A DNA stretch of 64,000 bases from Bacteroidales bacterium (GTDB lineage Bacteria; Bacteroidota; Bacteroidia; Bacteroidales; JAHJDW01). The position numbers and the translations under genes are program-made. Every line of letters starts with the position of its first letter. The first letter of the stretch is position 1. Positions 1 through 9,621 of the stretch are shown here, piece by piece. The notes under the pieces were generated by a model. That model worked only from the letters and a program-made list of their open reading frames with translations. It was not told where the DNA came from and searched no databases. The stretch covers positions 6,255 through 70,254 of the forward strand of contig JBAZBZ010000011.1 of NCBI GenBank assembly GCA_041671145.1, in the 5' to 3' direction.

Positions 1-657
1 AAGAAAAAATTTGAATATGCAGGTGGCGCTGGAGGGTACATTGATAAGTTCGGTTATCCGTTTTGCAGAGGAAGAATTTTTCAAAATATTGAAGAAGATA
101 AAAGTCAATATAATGATGCAGTTGAAATTTTTTGGGCAACCGGTGCATGTATGTTTGTGAGAGCCGATTTGTTCAGAGTTATTGGAGGACTCGATGACGA
201 TTTTTTTGCACACATGGAAGAAATAGATTTTTGCTGGCGTTTGAAAAATGCCGGCTATAAAATAATGTACTGCCCCGATTCTGTGGTTTATCACGTTGGA
301 GGGGGTACATTACCGAAAAATAATTCACGCAAAACATATCTGAATTTCAGAAACAATCTTTCATTGCTTTACAAAAATCTTCCTGAAAATAAATTTCACA
401 GAATATTTTTATTGCGATTTATTTTAGATGGCATTGCCGCTTTTCGTTTTTTAGCCGAAGGACATATTTTAGATTTTATTGCAGTTGCAAAAGCTCATTT
501 TTCATTTTATTTTTCAATACGAAAACTTGATAAAAAAAGAAAACTCATGAGCCACCGTAAAGTAAGTTGCATTTATCAAAGAAATATTGTTTGGGATTAT
601 TTTGTAAATAAAATAAAACTCTTCACGCAATTAAATTCATCTGATTTTTCAAAATAA
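1..657 (+). CDS. glycosyltransferase family 2 protein, C-terminal part (5' end outside window)
   Basis: Frame 1 is open from base 1 (KKKFEYAGGAGGYIDKFGYPFCRG...) and runs into the listed ORF 151..657. WATGACMFVR and DDFFAHMEEIDFCWR are GT2-like. Confidence 0.75.
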   Translation, partial: KKKFEYAGGAGGYIDKFGYPFCRGRIFQNIEEDKSQYNDAVEIFWATGACMFVRADLFRVIGGLDDDFFAHMEEIDFCWRLKNAGYKIMYCPDSVVYHVGGGTLPKNNSRKTYLNFRNNLSLLYKNLPENKFHRIFLLRFILDGIAAFRFLAEGHILDFIAVAKAHFSFYFSIRKLDKKRKLMSHRKVSCIYQRNIVWDYFVNKIKLFTQLNSSDFSK

Positions 658-792
658 AAATTACTTTACCGCAGAGACGCTAGGGTTTTAAAATAAATAT
701 TTTATTTTTGCGATTCAGCGTATTAGCGGTTATAAATAAAACTTTTGAAATATCCTATTTTAATATTTTTTAGCAAATCAATTCAGATTTCT

Positions 793-800
793 TATTTTTG
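793..800 (+). promoter_or_regulatory. -7 box TATTTTTG upstream of the PBP1A gene
   Basis: TAnnTTTG match 20 nt upstream of the start at 820. Confidence 0.4.
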
Positions 801-819
801 CATTCCCAAAACTTAAAGA

Positions 820-3165
820 GTGAAAGATTTTTTAAAAAATATTTCTGCAAAAGTTTTAGAAAAAATAAAATCTTTTCGCAAAAAAGATAAGCCGAAGCTG
901 CCGCTAAAAAAGCGAATTCTTAGATATGTTATTTATTTTTTCGTATTTTTATTTTTATATTTTGGTTGCGTTGACCTCAATATTCTGTGGCTTTTCGGAA
1001 GGTCGCCGAAAATGCGTGAACTCAAAAATCCCAAACTTAATGTTGCCTCCGAATTATATTCAGCCGACGGAAAATTAATAGGAAAATTTTTTAACGAAAA
1101 TCGAACCCCTGTCAAATATAAACAAATTTCACCTATTTTAATTAAAGCATTAATTGCAACCGAAGACAACAGATTTTATGAACATTCCGGAATTGACTTC
1201 AAAGCACTTCTTTCTGTTTTCTGGTCAATAATGAAAGGTGATGCACGCGGAGGCAGTACTATTACACAGCAATTAGTAAAAAACTTATTCAAAACCAGAG
1301 CAAATTATTCGAGAGGTTTATTCGGATATATTCCTTTTGTTAAAACAATTATTTATAAAACAAAAGAATGGATAACGGCAGTTAAAATTGAAGCAAACTT
1401 CAAAAAAGAAGAAATTCTTACGATGTATTTCAACACCGTTGACTTCGGAAGCAACGCCTACGGGATAAAAACAGCAGCAAAAACTTTTTTTAACACAACT
1501 CCCGATAACTTAAATGCCGAACAATCAGCTTTGCTTGTGGGTATTTTAAAGGCACCAACATTTTACAGTCCGATTATGAATCCCGAAAATGCTTTGAAAA
1601 GAAGAAATATAGTTCTCCGACAAATGCTGAAATACGCTATAATTAATCAGAAAGAACATGATAAATATGTTACACTTCCGATTTTACTCGATTACAAAGT
1701 TGAAAATAATTACGACGGAAATGCTTCATATTTCAGGGAAGCCGTTTATAATTCACTCAAAGAATGGCTGAAGGAAAATAATTACGATTTATATGCAGAT
1801 GGCTTGAAAATTTATTCAACTATAGATTCAAAATTACAGCAATACGCCGAAGCAGCAGTGGCTGAGCACATGAAGAAATTGCAAAAAAAATTCAATCAAC
1901 ATTGGGAAGATAAAAACCCGTGGATTGATGGAAGAGGCAATGAAATAAGCGGTTTTATTGAAAATGTAGCAAGGGAAACAAGCACTTACAAATATCTTTC
2001 AATAAAATATAAAAATAATAAGGATTCTGTAAATTATTATATGAACAAACCTCATAGGATGAGAGTTTTTACTTGGAAAGGTGAAAGAGATACAACGCTC
2101 AGTCCGATGGATTCAATAAGATACTATAAAAAATTTCTTCATGCAGGCTTTTTTACAATCGACCCTTTTACAAGTTTCATTAAAACATGGGTTGGTGATA
2201 TTAATTTTAAATATTTTAAATACGACCATGTAAAGCAATCGAAGCGTCAACCCGGTTCAACATTTAAAGCATTTGTTTATGCGGCAGCGTTGGAAAACGG
2301 ATTCGGTCCTTGCGACAAAATGATTGACAAACCCGTAATAGTTAATTATGTTGAAAAAGGTCAAAAGAAAACATGGACTCCACATAACGCCGATGGTGTA
2401 TTTACAGGCGAAGAAGTTACTCTGAAATATGCTTTTGCAAAATCAATCAATTGCATTGCCGTTCAGGTTATGCAGGAAATAGGATGGAAAAAGGTAATTG
2501 AATATGCACATAAACTCGGAATAAAAACTCCTTTAGCTGATGTTCCTTCTGTATGTCTTGGCTCATGCGATGTTTCGCTTTATGAACTTGTTAATGCATT
2601 TTGTCCTTTTATAAATGAAGGATATTATATCGAGCCGGTTTTGGTTACAAAAATTACAGATAAAAACGGAAAGGTTTTATATGAATATAAAGAAAATAAA
2701 AAGCGTGTTCTGACTGAAGAAACTGCTTTTCTGATGCAGGAAATGCTGAGAGGTGGATTACATGAGCCCGGTGGAACCACACAGGCATTGTTTGAATATG
2801 ATTTATTCAAAGATTGGCGAAATGATTTCGGCGGAAAAACAGGTACTTCTACAAATTATTCCGACGGATGGTTTATCGGTGTTACAAAAAACCTTATTTC
2901 CGGCTCATGGGTTGGCGGCGAACAAAGATGCATTCATTTTAGAAATCCCGAAAACGGAGAAGGATGCCATACAGCATTGCCTATTTACGGAATTTTTATG
3001 GAAAAAGTTTTTAAAGATAATAAATTTGATTACGTGAAAGGACAATTTCCAAAGCCAAAAATTAAAATTTCAAAATCATACACCTGCCATACACGTATTG
3101 AAAAACTTGATAGCATAGGAGCTGCCAAAGATACTATTAAAACTTCCGGAGATTTGGGAGAGTAA
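820..3165 (+). CDS. class A penicillin-binding protein (PBP1A-type transglycosylase/transpeptidase)
   Basis: GT51 motifs EDNRFYEHSGID and GGSTITQQLVKN. Transpeptidase motifs STFK, SIN and KTGT. N-terminal membrane anchor. The only start upstream of the anchor is GTG at 820. Confidence 0.9.
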   Translation: MKDFLKNISAKVLEKIKSFRKKDKPKLPLKKRILRYVIYFFVFLFLYFGCVDLNILWLFGRSPKMRELKNPKLNVASELYSADGKLIGKFFNENRTPVKYKQISPILIKALIATEDNRFYEHSGIDFKALLSVFWSIMKGDARGGSTITQQLVKNLFKTRANYSRGLFGYIPFVKTIIYKTKEWITAVKIEANFKKEEILTMYFNTVDFGSNAYGIKTAAKTFFNTTPDNLNAEQSALLVGILKAPTFYSPIMNPENALKRRNIVLRQMLKYAIINQKEHDKYVTLPILLDYKVENNYDGNASYFREAVYNSLKEWLKENNYDLYADGLKIYSTIDSKLQQYAEAAVAEHMKKLQKKFNQHWEDKNPWIDGRGNEISGFIENVARETSTYKYLSIKYKNNKDSVNYYMNKPHRMRVFTWKGERDTTLSPMDSIRYYKKFLHAGFFTIDPFTSFIKTWVGDINFKYFKYDHVKQSKRQPGSTFKAFVYAAALENGFGPCDKMIDKPVIVNYVEKGQKKTWTPHNADGVFTGEEVTLKYAFAKSINCIAVQVMQEIGWKKVIEYAHKLGIKTPLADVPSVCLGSCDVSLYELVNAFCPFINEGYYIEPVLVTKITDKNGKVLYEYKENKKRVLTEETAFLMQEMLRGGLHEPGGTTQALFEYDLFKDWRNDFGGKTGTSTNYSDGWFIGVTKNLISGSWVGGEQRCIHFRNPENGEGCHTALPIYGIFMEKVFKDNKFDYVKGQFPKPKIKISKSYTCHTRIEKLDSIGAAKDTIKTSGDLGE

Positions 3166-3319
3166 AGAAATAAGTACTTCGAGTACTTCAAATACTTAAA
3201 GCTATAAAAAAGATACATTTTAATATAGAGATTCTTTTTTCTTTTTAATCAATATTTACTGGAAAAAGTTTTCGGTTTGTAGTTTGTTTATAAGTTTCTT
3301 TAAATTAAATAAATTTATG

Positions 3320-3327
3320 TATATTTG
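3320..3327 (+). promoter_or_regulatory. -7 box TATATTTG upstream of the TA pair
   Basis: TAnnTTTG match 78 nt upstream of 3405. Confidence 0.35.
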
Positions 3328-3404
3328 TTAATTCAATTCTGTATGGAATTTTGTGTTTTTATTTATAACAAACAATTTTATACATACCAACTAAAATTAT
3401 TAAT

Positions 3405-3593
3405 ATGCAATCCCTTAAAGATATTTCTGTTGACGTTATAAAAGGACTACCTGATACTTGCTCCATTGAAGAGATTATGTATCAGATTGATATTGTTGCT
3501 AATGTTATTGATGGTCTTAATGATATTGAAAAAGGCAAAACTATTTCTACTGAAGAACTTTTAAAAAGAGTTGATAAATGGCAACAAAAATAG
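3405..3593 (+). CDS. putative antitoxin of a type II TA pair
   Basis: 62-aa ORF that overlaps the downstream ParE/RelE-like toxin ORF by 16 nt. No family recognised from the sequence. Confidence 0.55.
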   Translation: MQSLKDISVDVIKGLPDTCSIEEIMYQIDIVANVIDGLNDIEKGKTISTEELLKRVDKWQQK

Positions 3594-3907
3594 AATGGTC
3601 TGAAAAATCCGTCAGTAATTTAAATCATATATACGATTTTATTGCTAAAGATTCTCCTACTTATGCTAAACGTTTTGTTAAAAGTTTAATAGAAACTACC
3701 GAAAAACAACTTTTTAAATTTCCTCTTATCGGCAGACCTGCGCCTGAGTTTCAGAATACTCCTGTTAATTTCCTTAAAGAAGTTATGTACAAAGGATATA
3801 GAATTATTTATCTGCATTCAGATTCTTCTGAGAAAATTTGTATAATTGCTGTTATTAATGGCAGGCAGGATATAATTAAAAATGTGAAGCCGGATTGGGT
3901 TTTATAA
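3578..3907 (+). CDS. type II toxin-antitoxin system RelE/ParE family toxin
   Basis: 109 aa. IEWSEKSVSNLNHIYDFIAKDSP...GRPAPEF...YRIIY...ICIIAVINGRQD is a typical ParE-like layout. Confidence 0.75.
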   Translation: MATKIEWSEKSVSNLNHIYDFIAKDSPTYAKRFVKSLIETTEKQLFKFPLIGRPAPEFQNTPVNFLKEVMYKGYRIIYLHSDSSEKICIIAVINGRQDIIKNVKPDWVL

Positions 3908-4071
3908 TTTTTTTTGCTATTATACCTAATAAAAAAAGAAAACTTCTTTCCTTATTATCTTTTATTTTCTTCAAAATTCATTATTTATATTCGATATTTT
4001 TTAAATCTGTGAATTAAGCGAAGCGTTCTCATGAGCACCTTTAAAAATGAATGTTCGCAAATAATCTGTGG

Positions 4072-5358
4072 TTATTTTATTATTCTTTCTTTTGGTGGAT
4101 TGAAGTATCCATACACAAGTTTCGGAAATTCTTTTTTTAATTCATTCATTATATTTTTTATTCCGAGAATTTCTGTAGTTTCTTTTATGCCAACCTTTTC
4201 CATATACCAATCGGGGTCAATATTAAAATTGCGCCACTGAATCATTGAAGCATTGGTGTATTTTAATATTTTTTTTAATTCCTCAAATTCATCAACAGAA
4301 TCGGTAATTCCGGGAAAAGTAAAATAATTTATCGAAACCCACTTTTTGTATTTTCTTCCTATTTTCATTGATTCAATTACATCTTCGAAAGAATAATTTT
4401 TAGGTAAATAATATATATTATATAATTCTTTTTGCGAACTGTTCAAACTTACACGAATACTGTCTAATCCAGCTTTAAAAAGCTCATCAACTGTATCGGG
4501 TTTGCTGCCGTTTGTGTTCAAATTTATAATTCCCTTATCGGTTTTTTTTCGTATTTCTTTTATTGCATCACGAATTACTTTCCACACAAGCAATGGCTCG
4601 CCTTCGCAGCCCTGTCCGAAACTAACAATTGGTTTGGGTGCATTTTCAAGATGTGGCACAGCTATTTCAACAATTTCATCAACTGTAGGAACAAATTCTA
4701 TTCTGTTTTGCGTAGATTTTATTTTATTTTCTTTCGGCTGATATGAAATGCAACCAAGACAATTTGAATTGCATGAAGGGGAAGTTGGCAGAGGCATTTC
4801 CCATCGTTTTAAAAAATAATTTCGTGCAGCAGGACAAAAATAAACTGTTGCACAATGTCCAATATGCGTCAGTAAACGATTTTTCGGATTTGCCTTTAGC
4901 ATTTGCTTTGCATTGCGTATTACAATTTTCTGATTGAATTGCTCACAATCCTGCCTTATATCATCATCGATTCTTATTGCGGTTGTATAAAATTTATTGT
5001 CGAGCCAGCCGATTGCGGTGTATGCATATAAAGGAAGAATGACCGCATCATTATTTTTTTCGTAAGCAGAAAAATAAAGTTGTGTATATGCAGGGGCAAC
5101 AAAAGCGGCAACAGCAGAACCTTTGCTACATATTTCAAATTTATTTGTTTTTGGATTGAAGCCAATTGGTTTTCTTTCGGGCAATTGAAAAAAATCACTT
5201 CCATCGGGAAGTTCAATAAAATCTTCGGGTTTTAATTTTAATATTTTTTTCCCTGCTTTGCCAACTGCCTCCATATTTTTATCTTCAAATAAATTTCCCT
5301 TCTCATCACTGAAAAGTAAATACGGAACTTTGCGTGGATGTTTGTTTTTCATTGACAT
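4072..5358 (-). CDS. radical SAM protein with uncharacterised ~190-aa N-terminal domain
   Basis: CxxxCxxC cluster motif CNSNCLGC, followed by GQGCEGEPLL and a TIM-barrel-like pattern. ATG at 5358 or 5352 is preferred over the TTG at 5367. Confidence 0.75.
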   Translation of the reverse strand: MSMKNKHPRKVPYLLFSDEKGNLFEDKNMEAVGKAGKKILKLKPEDFIELPDGSDFFQLPERKPIGFNPKTNKFEICSKGSAVAAFVAPAYTQLYFSAYEKNNDAVILPLYAYTAIGWLDNKFYTTAIRIDDDIRQDCEQFNQKIVIRNAKQMLKANPKNRLLTHIGHCATVYFCPAARNYFLKRWEMPLPTSPSCNSNCLGCISYQPKENKIKSTQNRIEFVPTVDEIVEIAVPHLENAPKPIVSFGQGCEGEPLLVWKVIRDAIKEIRKKTDKGIINLNTNGSKPDTVDELFKAGLDSIRVSLNSSQKELYNIYYLPKNYSFEDVIESMKIGRKYKKWVSINYFTFPGITDSVDEFEELKKILKYTNASMIQWRNFNIDPDWYMEKVGIKETTEILGIKNIMNELKKEFPKLVYGYFNPPKERIIK

Positions 5359-5401
5359 ATATTGCAAATATAAAAAATTAAAATCGTATCCGATTTTTCT
5401 T

Positions 5402-5409
5402 TACTTTTG
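5402..5409 (+). promoter_or_regulatory. -7 box TACTTTTG upstream of dut
   Basis: TAnnTTTG match 28 nt upstream of 5437. Confidence 0.45.
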
Positions 5410-5436
5410 AAGTTAATTTTGTAATTAGAAAGAGAA

Positions 5437-5871
5437 ATGAAAATAAAAATTGTCTCCAAATCAAAGCACAACCTTCCTGAATATGAAACAGGAGCATCCG
5501 CAGGAATGGACTTAAGAGCAAATATTGACGAGTCGGTTTTATTAAAACCTTTAGAACGGGCTTTAATTCCTACGGGTTTATTTATTGAACTGCCGGTTGG
5601 ATATGAAGCACAGGTGCGTCCAAGAAGCGGACTTGCATTTAAAAAAGGAGTTACCGTTTTAAATACTCCCGGAACTATTGATGCCGATTATCGCGGTGAA
5701 ATAAAAGTTATTTTAGTAAATTTATCAAACGAAAATTATTCAGTTGAGAATGGCGAAAGAGTGGCGCAGATGATAATTTCATCACACGAAAAAGCTGAAT
5801 GGCTCAAGGTTGAAGAACTTGAGGAAACAAAACGGGGAGCAGGCGGGTTCGGACACACAGGAGTTAAATAA
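5437..5871 (+). CDS. dut: dUTP diphosphatase
   Basis: 144 aa. Motifs [27 protein letters not shown] and [10 protein letters not shown]. Confidence 0.95.
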   Translation: MKIKIVSKSKHNLPEYETGASAGMDLRANIDESVLLKPLERALIPTGLFIELPVGYEAQVRPRSGLAFKKGVTVLNTPGTIDADYRGEIKVILVNLSNENYSVENGERVAQMIISSHEKAEWLKVEELEETKRGAGGFGHTGVK

Positions 5872-5896
5872 ATTAATAATTAATAAATAATAATTA

Positions 5897-6907
5897 ATGA
5901 AGATTATAATTCCAATGGCGGGGATGGGGAAAAGAATGCGTCCTCATACTCTTACAATACCAAAGCCATTAATACCGATTGCAGGAAAGCCCATAATACA
6001 ACATCTGGTTGAAGATTTATCAAAAGTATGCAAGGAAAAAATTGAAGAAATAGCTTTTGTTACAGGTTTTTTTGGTGATGATGTTGAACAGGACTTGCTT
6101 AGAATTGCAAAAAACGCAGGTTCTAAAGGCAAAATTTTTTATCAGGAAAATGCACTCGGTACGGCACATGCGGTTCTTTGTGCTGAAAAAATACTCGAAG
6201 GAAAAATTATTGTTGCTTTTGCAGATACCTTATTTAAAGCTAATTTTGCAATAGATGATTCTTATGACGGAACGGTATGGGTTCATAAAGTCAGCAATCC
6301 AAGTGCTTTCGGCGTTGTAAAAATAAACAACGAAAATATTATCACAGACTTTATCGAGAAACCTAAAACTTTCGTTTCCGACCTTGCAATTATCGGGATT
6401 TATTATTTTAAAGATGGTGAAAATCTTAAAAAAGAATTACAACATCTTGTTAACAGCAACATTCAAAAAGAAGGTGAATTCCAGCTTACCGATGCTTTGC
6501 AGAATATGACAAAAAATGGAAAAAAATTAACTGTCGGCAAGATTGATGAATGGCTAGATTGCGGAAATAAAAATGCTACGGTTTATACAAATCAGCGAAT
6601 TCTTGGATTGAAAAAAAACGAAAACCTTGTTTCTAAAAATATTATTGTAAATAATTCTCTGATAATAAAACCGTGCTATATAGGAGAAGAAGTTGAACTT
6701 GCAAATTCAATTATAGGTCCTTATGTTTCCATTGGTAATGGTACAAAAATAAGCAACTCTTTAATTGCAAACAGCATCATTCAGGAAAATGCAGTAATTG
6801 AAAATGCAAACATTGATAATTCAATGATTGGAAGTTATGTTGAATATCAGGGAAACAGAAATAATCTTAACATTGGCGATTATACTTCAATTACACAGGA
6901 CTTGTAA
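5897..6907 (+). CDS. sugar-phosphate nucleotidyltransferase with C-terminal left-handed beta-helix
   Basis: N-terminal PMAGMGKRMRPHTLTIPKPLIPIAGKPII signature. C-terminal hexapeptide-like repeats (IGPYVSIGNGTKISNSLIANSII). Confidence 0.75.
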   Translation: MKIIIPMAGMGKRMRPHTLTIPKPLIPIAGKPIIQHLVEDLSKVCKEKIEEIAFVTGFFGDDVEQDLLRIAKNAGSKGKIFYQENALGTAHAVLCAEKILEGKIIVAFADTLFKANFAIDDSYDGTVWVHKVSNPSAFGVVKINNENIITDFIEKPKTFVSDLAIIGIYYFKDGENLKKELQHLVNSNIQKEGEFQLTDALQNMTKNGKKLTVGKIDEWLDCGNKNATVYTNQRILGLKKNENLVSKNIIVNNSLIIKPCYIGEEVELANSIIGPYVSIGNGTKISNSLIANSIIQENAVIENANIDNSMIGSYVEYQGNRNNLNIGDYTSITQDL

Positions 6908-7007
6908 ATTAATTAATAAATAATAATTTTTAAAATAAATCACATTAGATAGTGTTTGTCCATAAAGTAGAGAATTTATAAACATGCATTAAATTATTGA
7001 ATAAAAC

Positions 7008-8756
7008 ATGAGCAACAAATTTTTTTCTTTTTTTAAAATTCAGATTTTGGTTATTGTCTGCTTGTGTTTCACTATTTCGTCATGCAAGATTTTTAAACAT
7101 ACTGAAAAACCTTTATCAGAAATATCACAACAACAGCAGCAAGAATTTAATTCAAACTTTTTTAATGCAACAAAAGAAAGATTGCTTGGCAATAATGAGA
7201 ATGCTGTAAAATATTACAATCAATGCCTGAGGATTGACAACAATAATGCGGAAGTTTTGTATGAGTGTGCAAACCTATTTTTTAAAAACCATCAATTAAA
7301 GGAAGCACTTCTTTATTCAAAAAAATCAGTAGAAAACGACGATAAAAATATATGGTATAAATTACTTTTATCCGACATTTACACAAAGACCGGAAAATAT
7401 CAAGATGCAGCTGATTTATGTGAAAAAATTACAGCAATGCAACCCAACAATCTGAATTATTATTTCGATTGGATTAATAATCTCACTTTTGCCGGAAAAT
7501 ATAATGATGCTATTAAAGTTTGTAACAAAGTTCAGGATAAATTCGGAATACTCGAAGAACTTTCTTTTCAGAAAGAAAAACTTTACCTTCAAATGAAAAA
7601 GCTTGATATGGCGATGAAAGAAATCGAAACATTAATACAAAAATATCCCAAAGAAATAAAATATTACGGAATTCTCGCTGAGTTGTATCTGATGGATAAT
7701 AAAAAAACGGAAGCATTCGAATTATACAAAAAAATGCTCGAAATAGAACCCGACAACGGAATGGTTCATATTTCTATAGCAAACTATTATCAAAATATCG
7801 GGGAAAAAGAAAAAGCATTCGAAGAAATTAAACTTGCGTTTGCCAATGGTAATCTTAATATTGATGCTAAAGTCAAGATTCTGCTTGACTATTATGCTTT
7901 TTCTGAAAAAGATACATCGCTGAAAAATCAGGCGTTTCAGCTTTTAAAAATATTGGTTGAAGTACATCCTGAAAATGCAAAAGCACATTCCATATACGGC
8001 GATTTTTTGTATAGGGATAAAAAAACAGAAGAATCAAAAAAAGAATTTCTGAAAGTAGTTTCCCTCGACAGCAGCAAGTACGTGGTATGGGAACAATTAA
8101 TAATAATTGATAATGAATTAAAAGATTATACGTCACTTGAAAAAACATGTTTAACAATAATAGAGCTTTTCCCTAACCAGCCGGTGCCATACATCTATTG
8201 TGGCATGGCAAGAATGTTTATGAAAAAATACGATGTTGCAATTGAAATATTGAAGAAAGGAAAAGATTATGCAGGAGCAAACAAGCAAATGCTTTCCGAA
8301 TTTTTTTCAATGCTCGGTGAAGCATATAACGAAACAAAAGATTACTATGCATCCGATAAATCTTACGAAAAATGTCTTGAGGTTGACCCTAAAAATGCCG
8401 GTGCTCTCAACAACTACAGTTACTTTCTTGTTTTAAGAAATAAGAATCTGGAAAAAGCAGAAGAGATGGCAAAAAAAGCCAATACTCTGAGCCCCGATAA
8501 TTCTGCTTATGAGGATACTTACGGCTGGGTCTTATATAAAAAACAAAATTATAACGAAGCAAAAAAATGGCTCGAAAAAGCCATGAATCATGATGGTGGT
8601 AATGACCCTGTGATGTTGGAACATTATGGAGATATTTTATATAAACTCGGTGAAGCCGAAAAATCTTTGGAATATTGGAATAAAGCAAAATCAAAAGGAA
8701 AAGGTTCCGATTTGCTTGATAAAAAAATACAGGAAAAAAAATTAATTGAGGAGTAA
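7008..8756 (+). CDS. TPR repeat lipoprotein
   Basis: Signal peptide ending in SSC. Many 34-aa TPR-like units (A..Y..aL..dP.n). Confidence 0.7.
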   Translation: MSNKFFSFFKIQILVIVCLCFTISSCKIFKHTEKPLSEISQQQQQEFNSNFFNATKERLLGNNENAVKYYNQCLRIDNNNAEVLYECANLFFKNHQLKEALLYSKKSVENDDKNIWYKLLLSDIYTKTGKYQDAADLCEKITAMQPNNLNYYFDWINNLTFAGKYNDAIKVCNKVQDKFGILEELSFQKEKLYLQMKKLDMAMKEIETLIQKYPKEIKYYGILAELYLMDNKKTEAFELYKKMLEIEPDNGMVHISIANYYQNIGEKEKAFEEIKLAFANGNLNIDAKVKILLDYYAFSEKDTSLKNQAFQLLKILVEVHPENAKAHSIYGDFLYRDKKTEESKKEFLKVVSLDSSKYVVWEQLIIIDNELKDYTSLEKTCLTIIELFPNQPVPYIYCGMARMFMKKYDVAIEILKKGKDYAGANKQMLSEFFSMLGEAYNETKDYYASDKSYEKCLEVDPKNAGALNNYSYFLVLRNKNLEKAEEMAKKANTLSPDNSAYEDTYGWVLYKKQNYNEAKKWLEKAMNHDGGNDPVMLEHYGDILYKLGEAEKSLEYWNKAKSKGKGSDLLDKKIQEKKLIEE

Positions 8757-8765
8757 GTTTGATAT

Positions 8766-9614
8766 ATGATTAAATTAATAAAAAGTTTTTTAGTAATATT
8801 TTTTGGCTTGATTGTTTTATCATGTCATACTTCAAAGAAAATTATAATTAACGAGAAAAAAGTAGAAACTCCTATTGATACTGTAAAAACAAAACCTGCT
8901 GAAGACCCCACAGTATTCCTGTTTAATAAATTACAAAGCAACCAATTCAAATATAAATGGATAAATGCAAAATTCAATGCTTCTGCAACAATTGATAAAA
9001 AAGAAATATCCTTTAACGGCAATCTGAAAATACGCTGCGACAGTGCTATATGGTTCTCTTTGTCGGCAATGGGGATTGAAGTTACGCGAATTTTAATTTC
9101 CAATGATTCCCTGAAATATATTTATAGATTAAAGTCAAAGTATTTTGTCGGTGATTTTAAGTATTTGAATCAGTTGTTTAACACCGACCTTGATTATGAC
9201 ATGCTTGAGTCATTCCTTACAGGCAACGATTTCAGATATTATGAAAACGATAAATTCAAATCATCTATATCAAAAGATAATTATTTGCTTTGGACGGTTG
9301 GCAGACGCAAATTAAAAAAATCAAAAACTGATACCGACCCTTCACGGCTTTTTATTGAAGATATATGGCTTAATCCCGAAAATTACAAAATCATAAAACA
9401 TTTTATAAATGAATTCAAGCAGGGAAGAAAGCTTGAAGTAGAATATTCGGATTTTAGAAGTGTTGACGGGCAGATTTTCCCATTTAAAATGAATTTTGAT
9501 ATTAATGCTGAGAAAAAAATAAATATCAAAATAAATTTTACGAAATTTGTTGTTGATGAGCCGCAAACATTTCCATTCAATATTCCTGATAGTTTTAATA
9601 AAATAATAAAATAA
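8766..9614 (+). CDS. DUF4292-like (LolB-fold) lipoprotein
   Basis: Signal peptide with LSC lipobox. Sits between a TPR protein and an M23 peptidase, an arrangement I recall as conserved in Bacteroidota. Confidence 0.5.
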   Translation: MIKLIKSFLVIFFGLIVLSCHTSKKIIINEKKVETPIDTVKTKPAEDPTVFLFNKLQSNQFKYKWINAKFNASATIDKKEISFNGNLKIRCDSAIWFSLSAMGIEVTRILISNDSLKYIYRLKSKYFVGDFKYLNQLFNTDLDYDMLESFLTGNDFRYYENDKFKSSISKDNYLLWTVGRRKLKKSKTDTDPSRLFIEDIWLNPENYKIIKHFINEFKQGRKLEVEYSDFRSVDGQIFPFKMNFDINAEKKINIKINFTKFVVDEPQTFPFNIPDSFNKIIK

Positions 9615-9621
9615 TTTTTTT

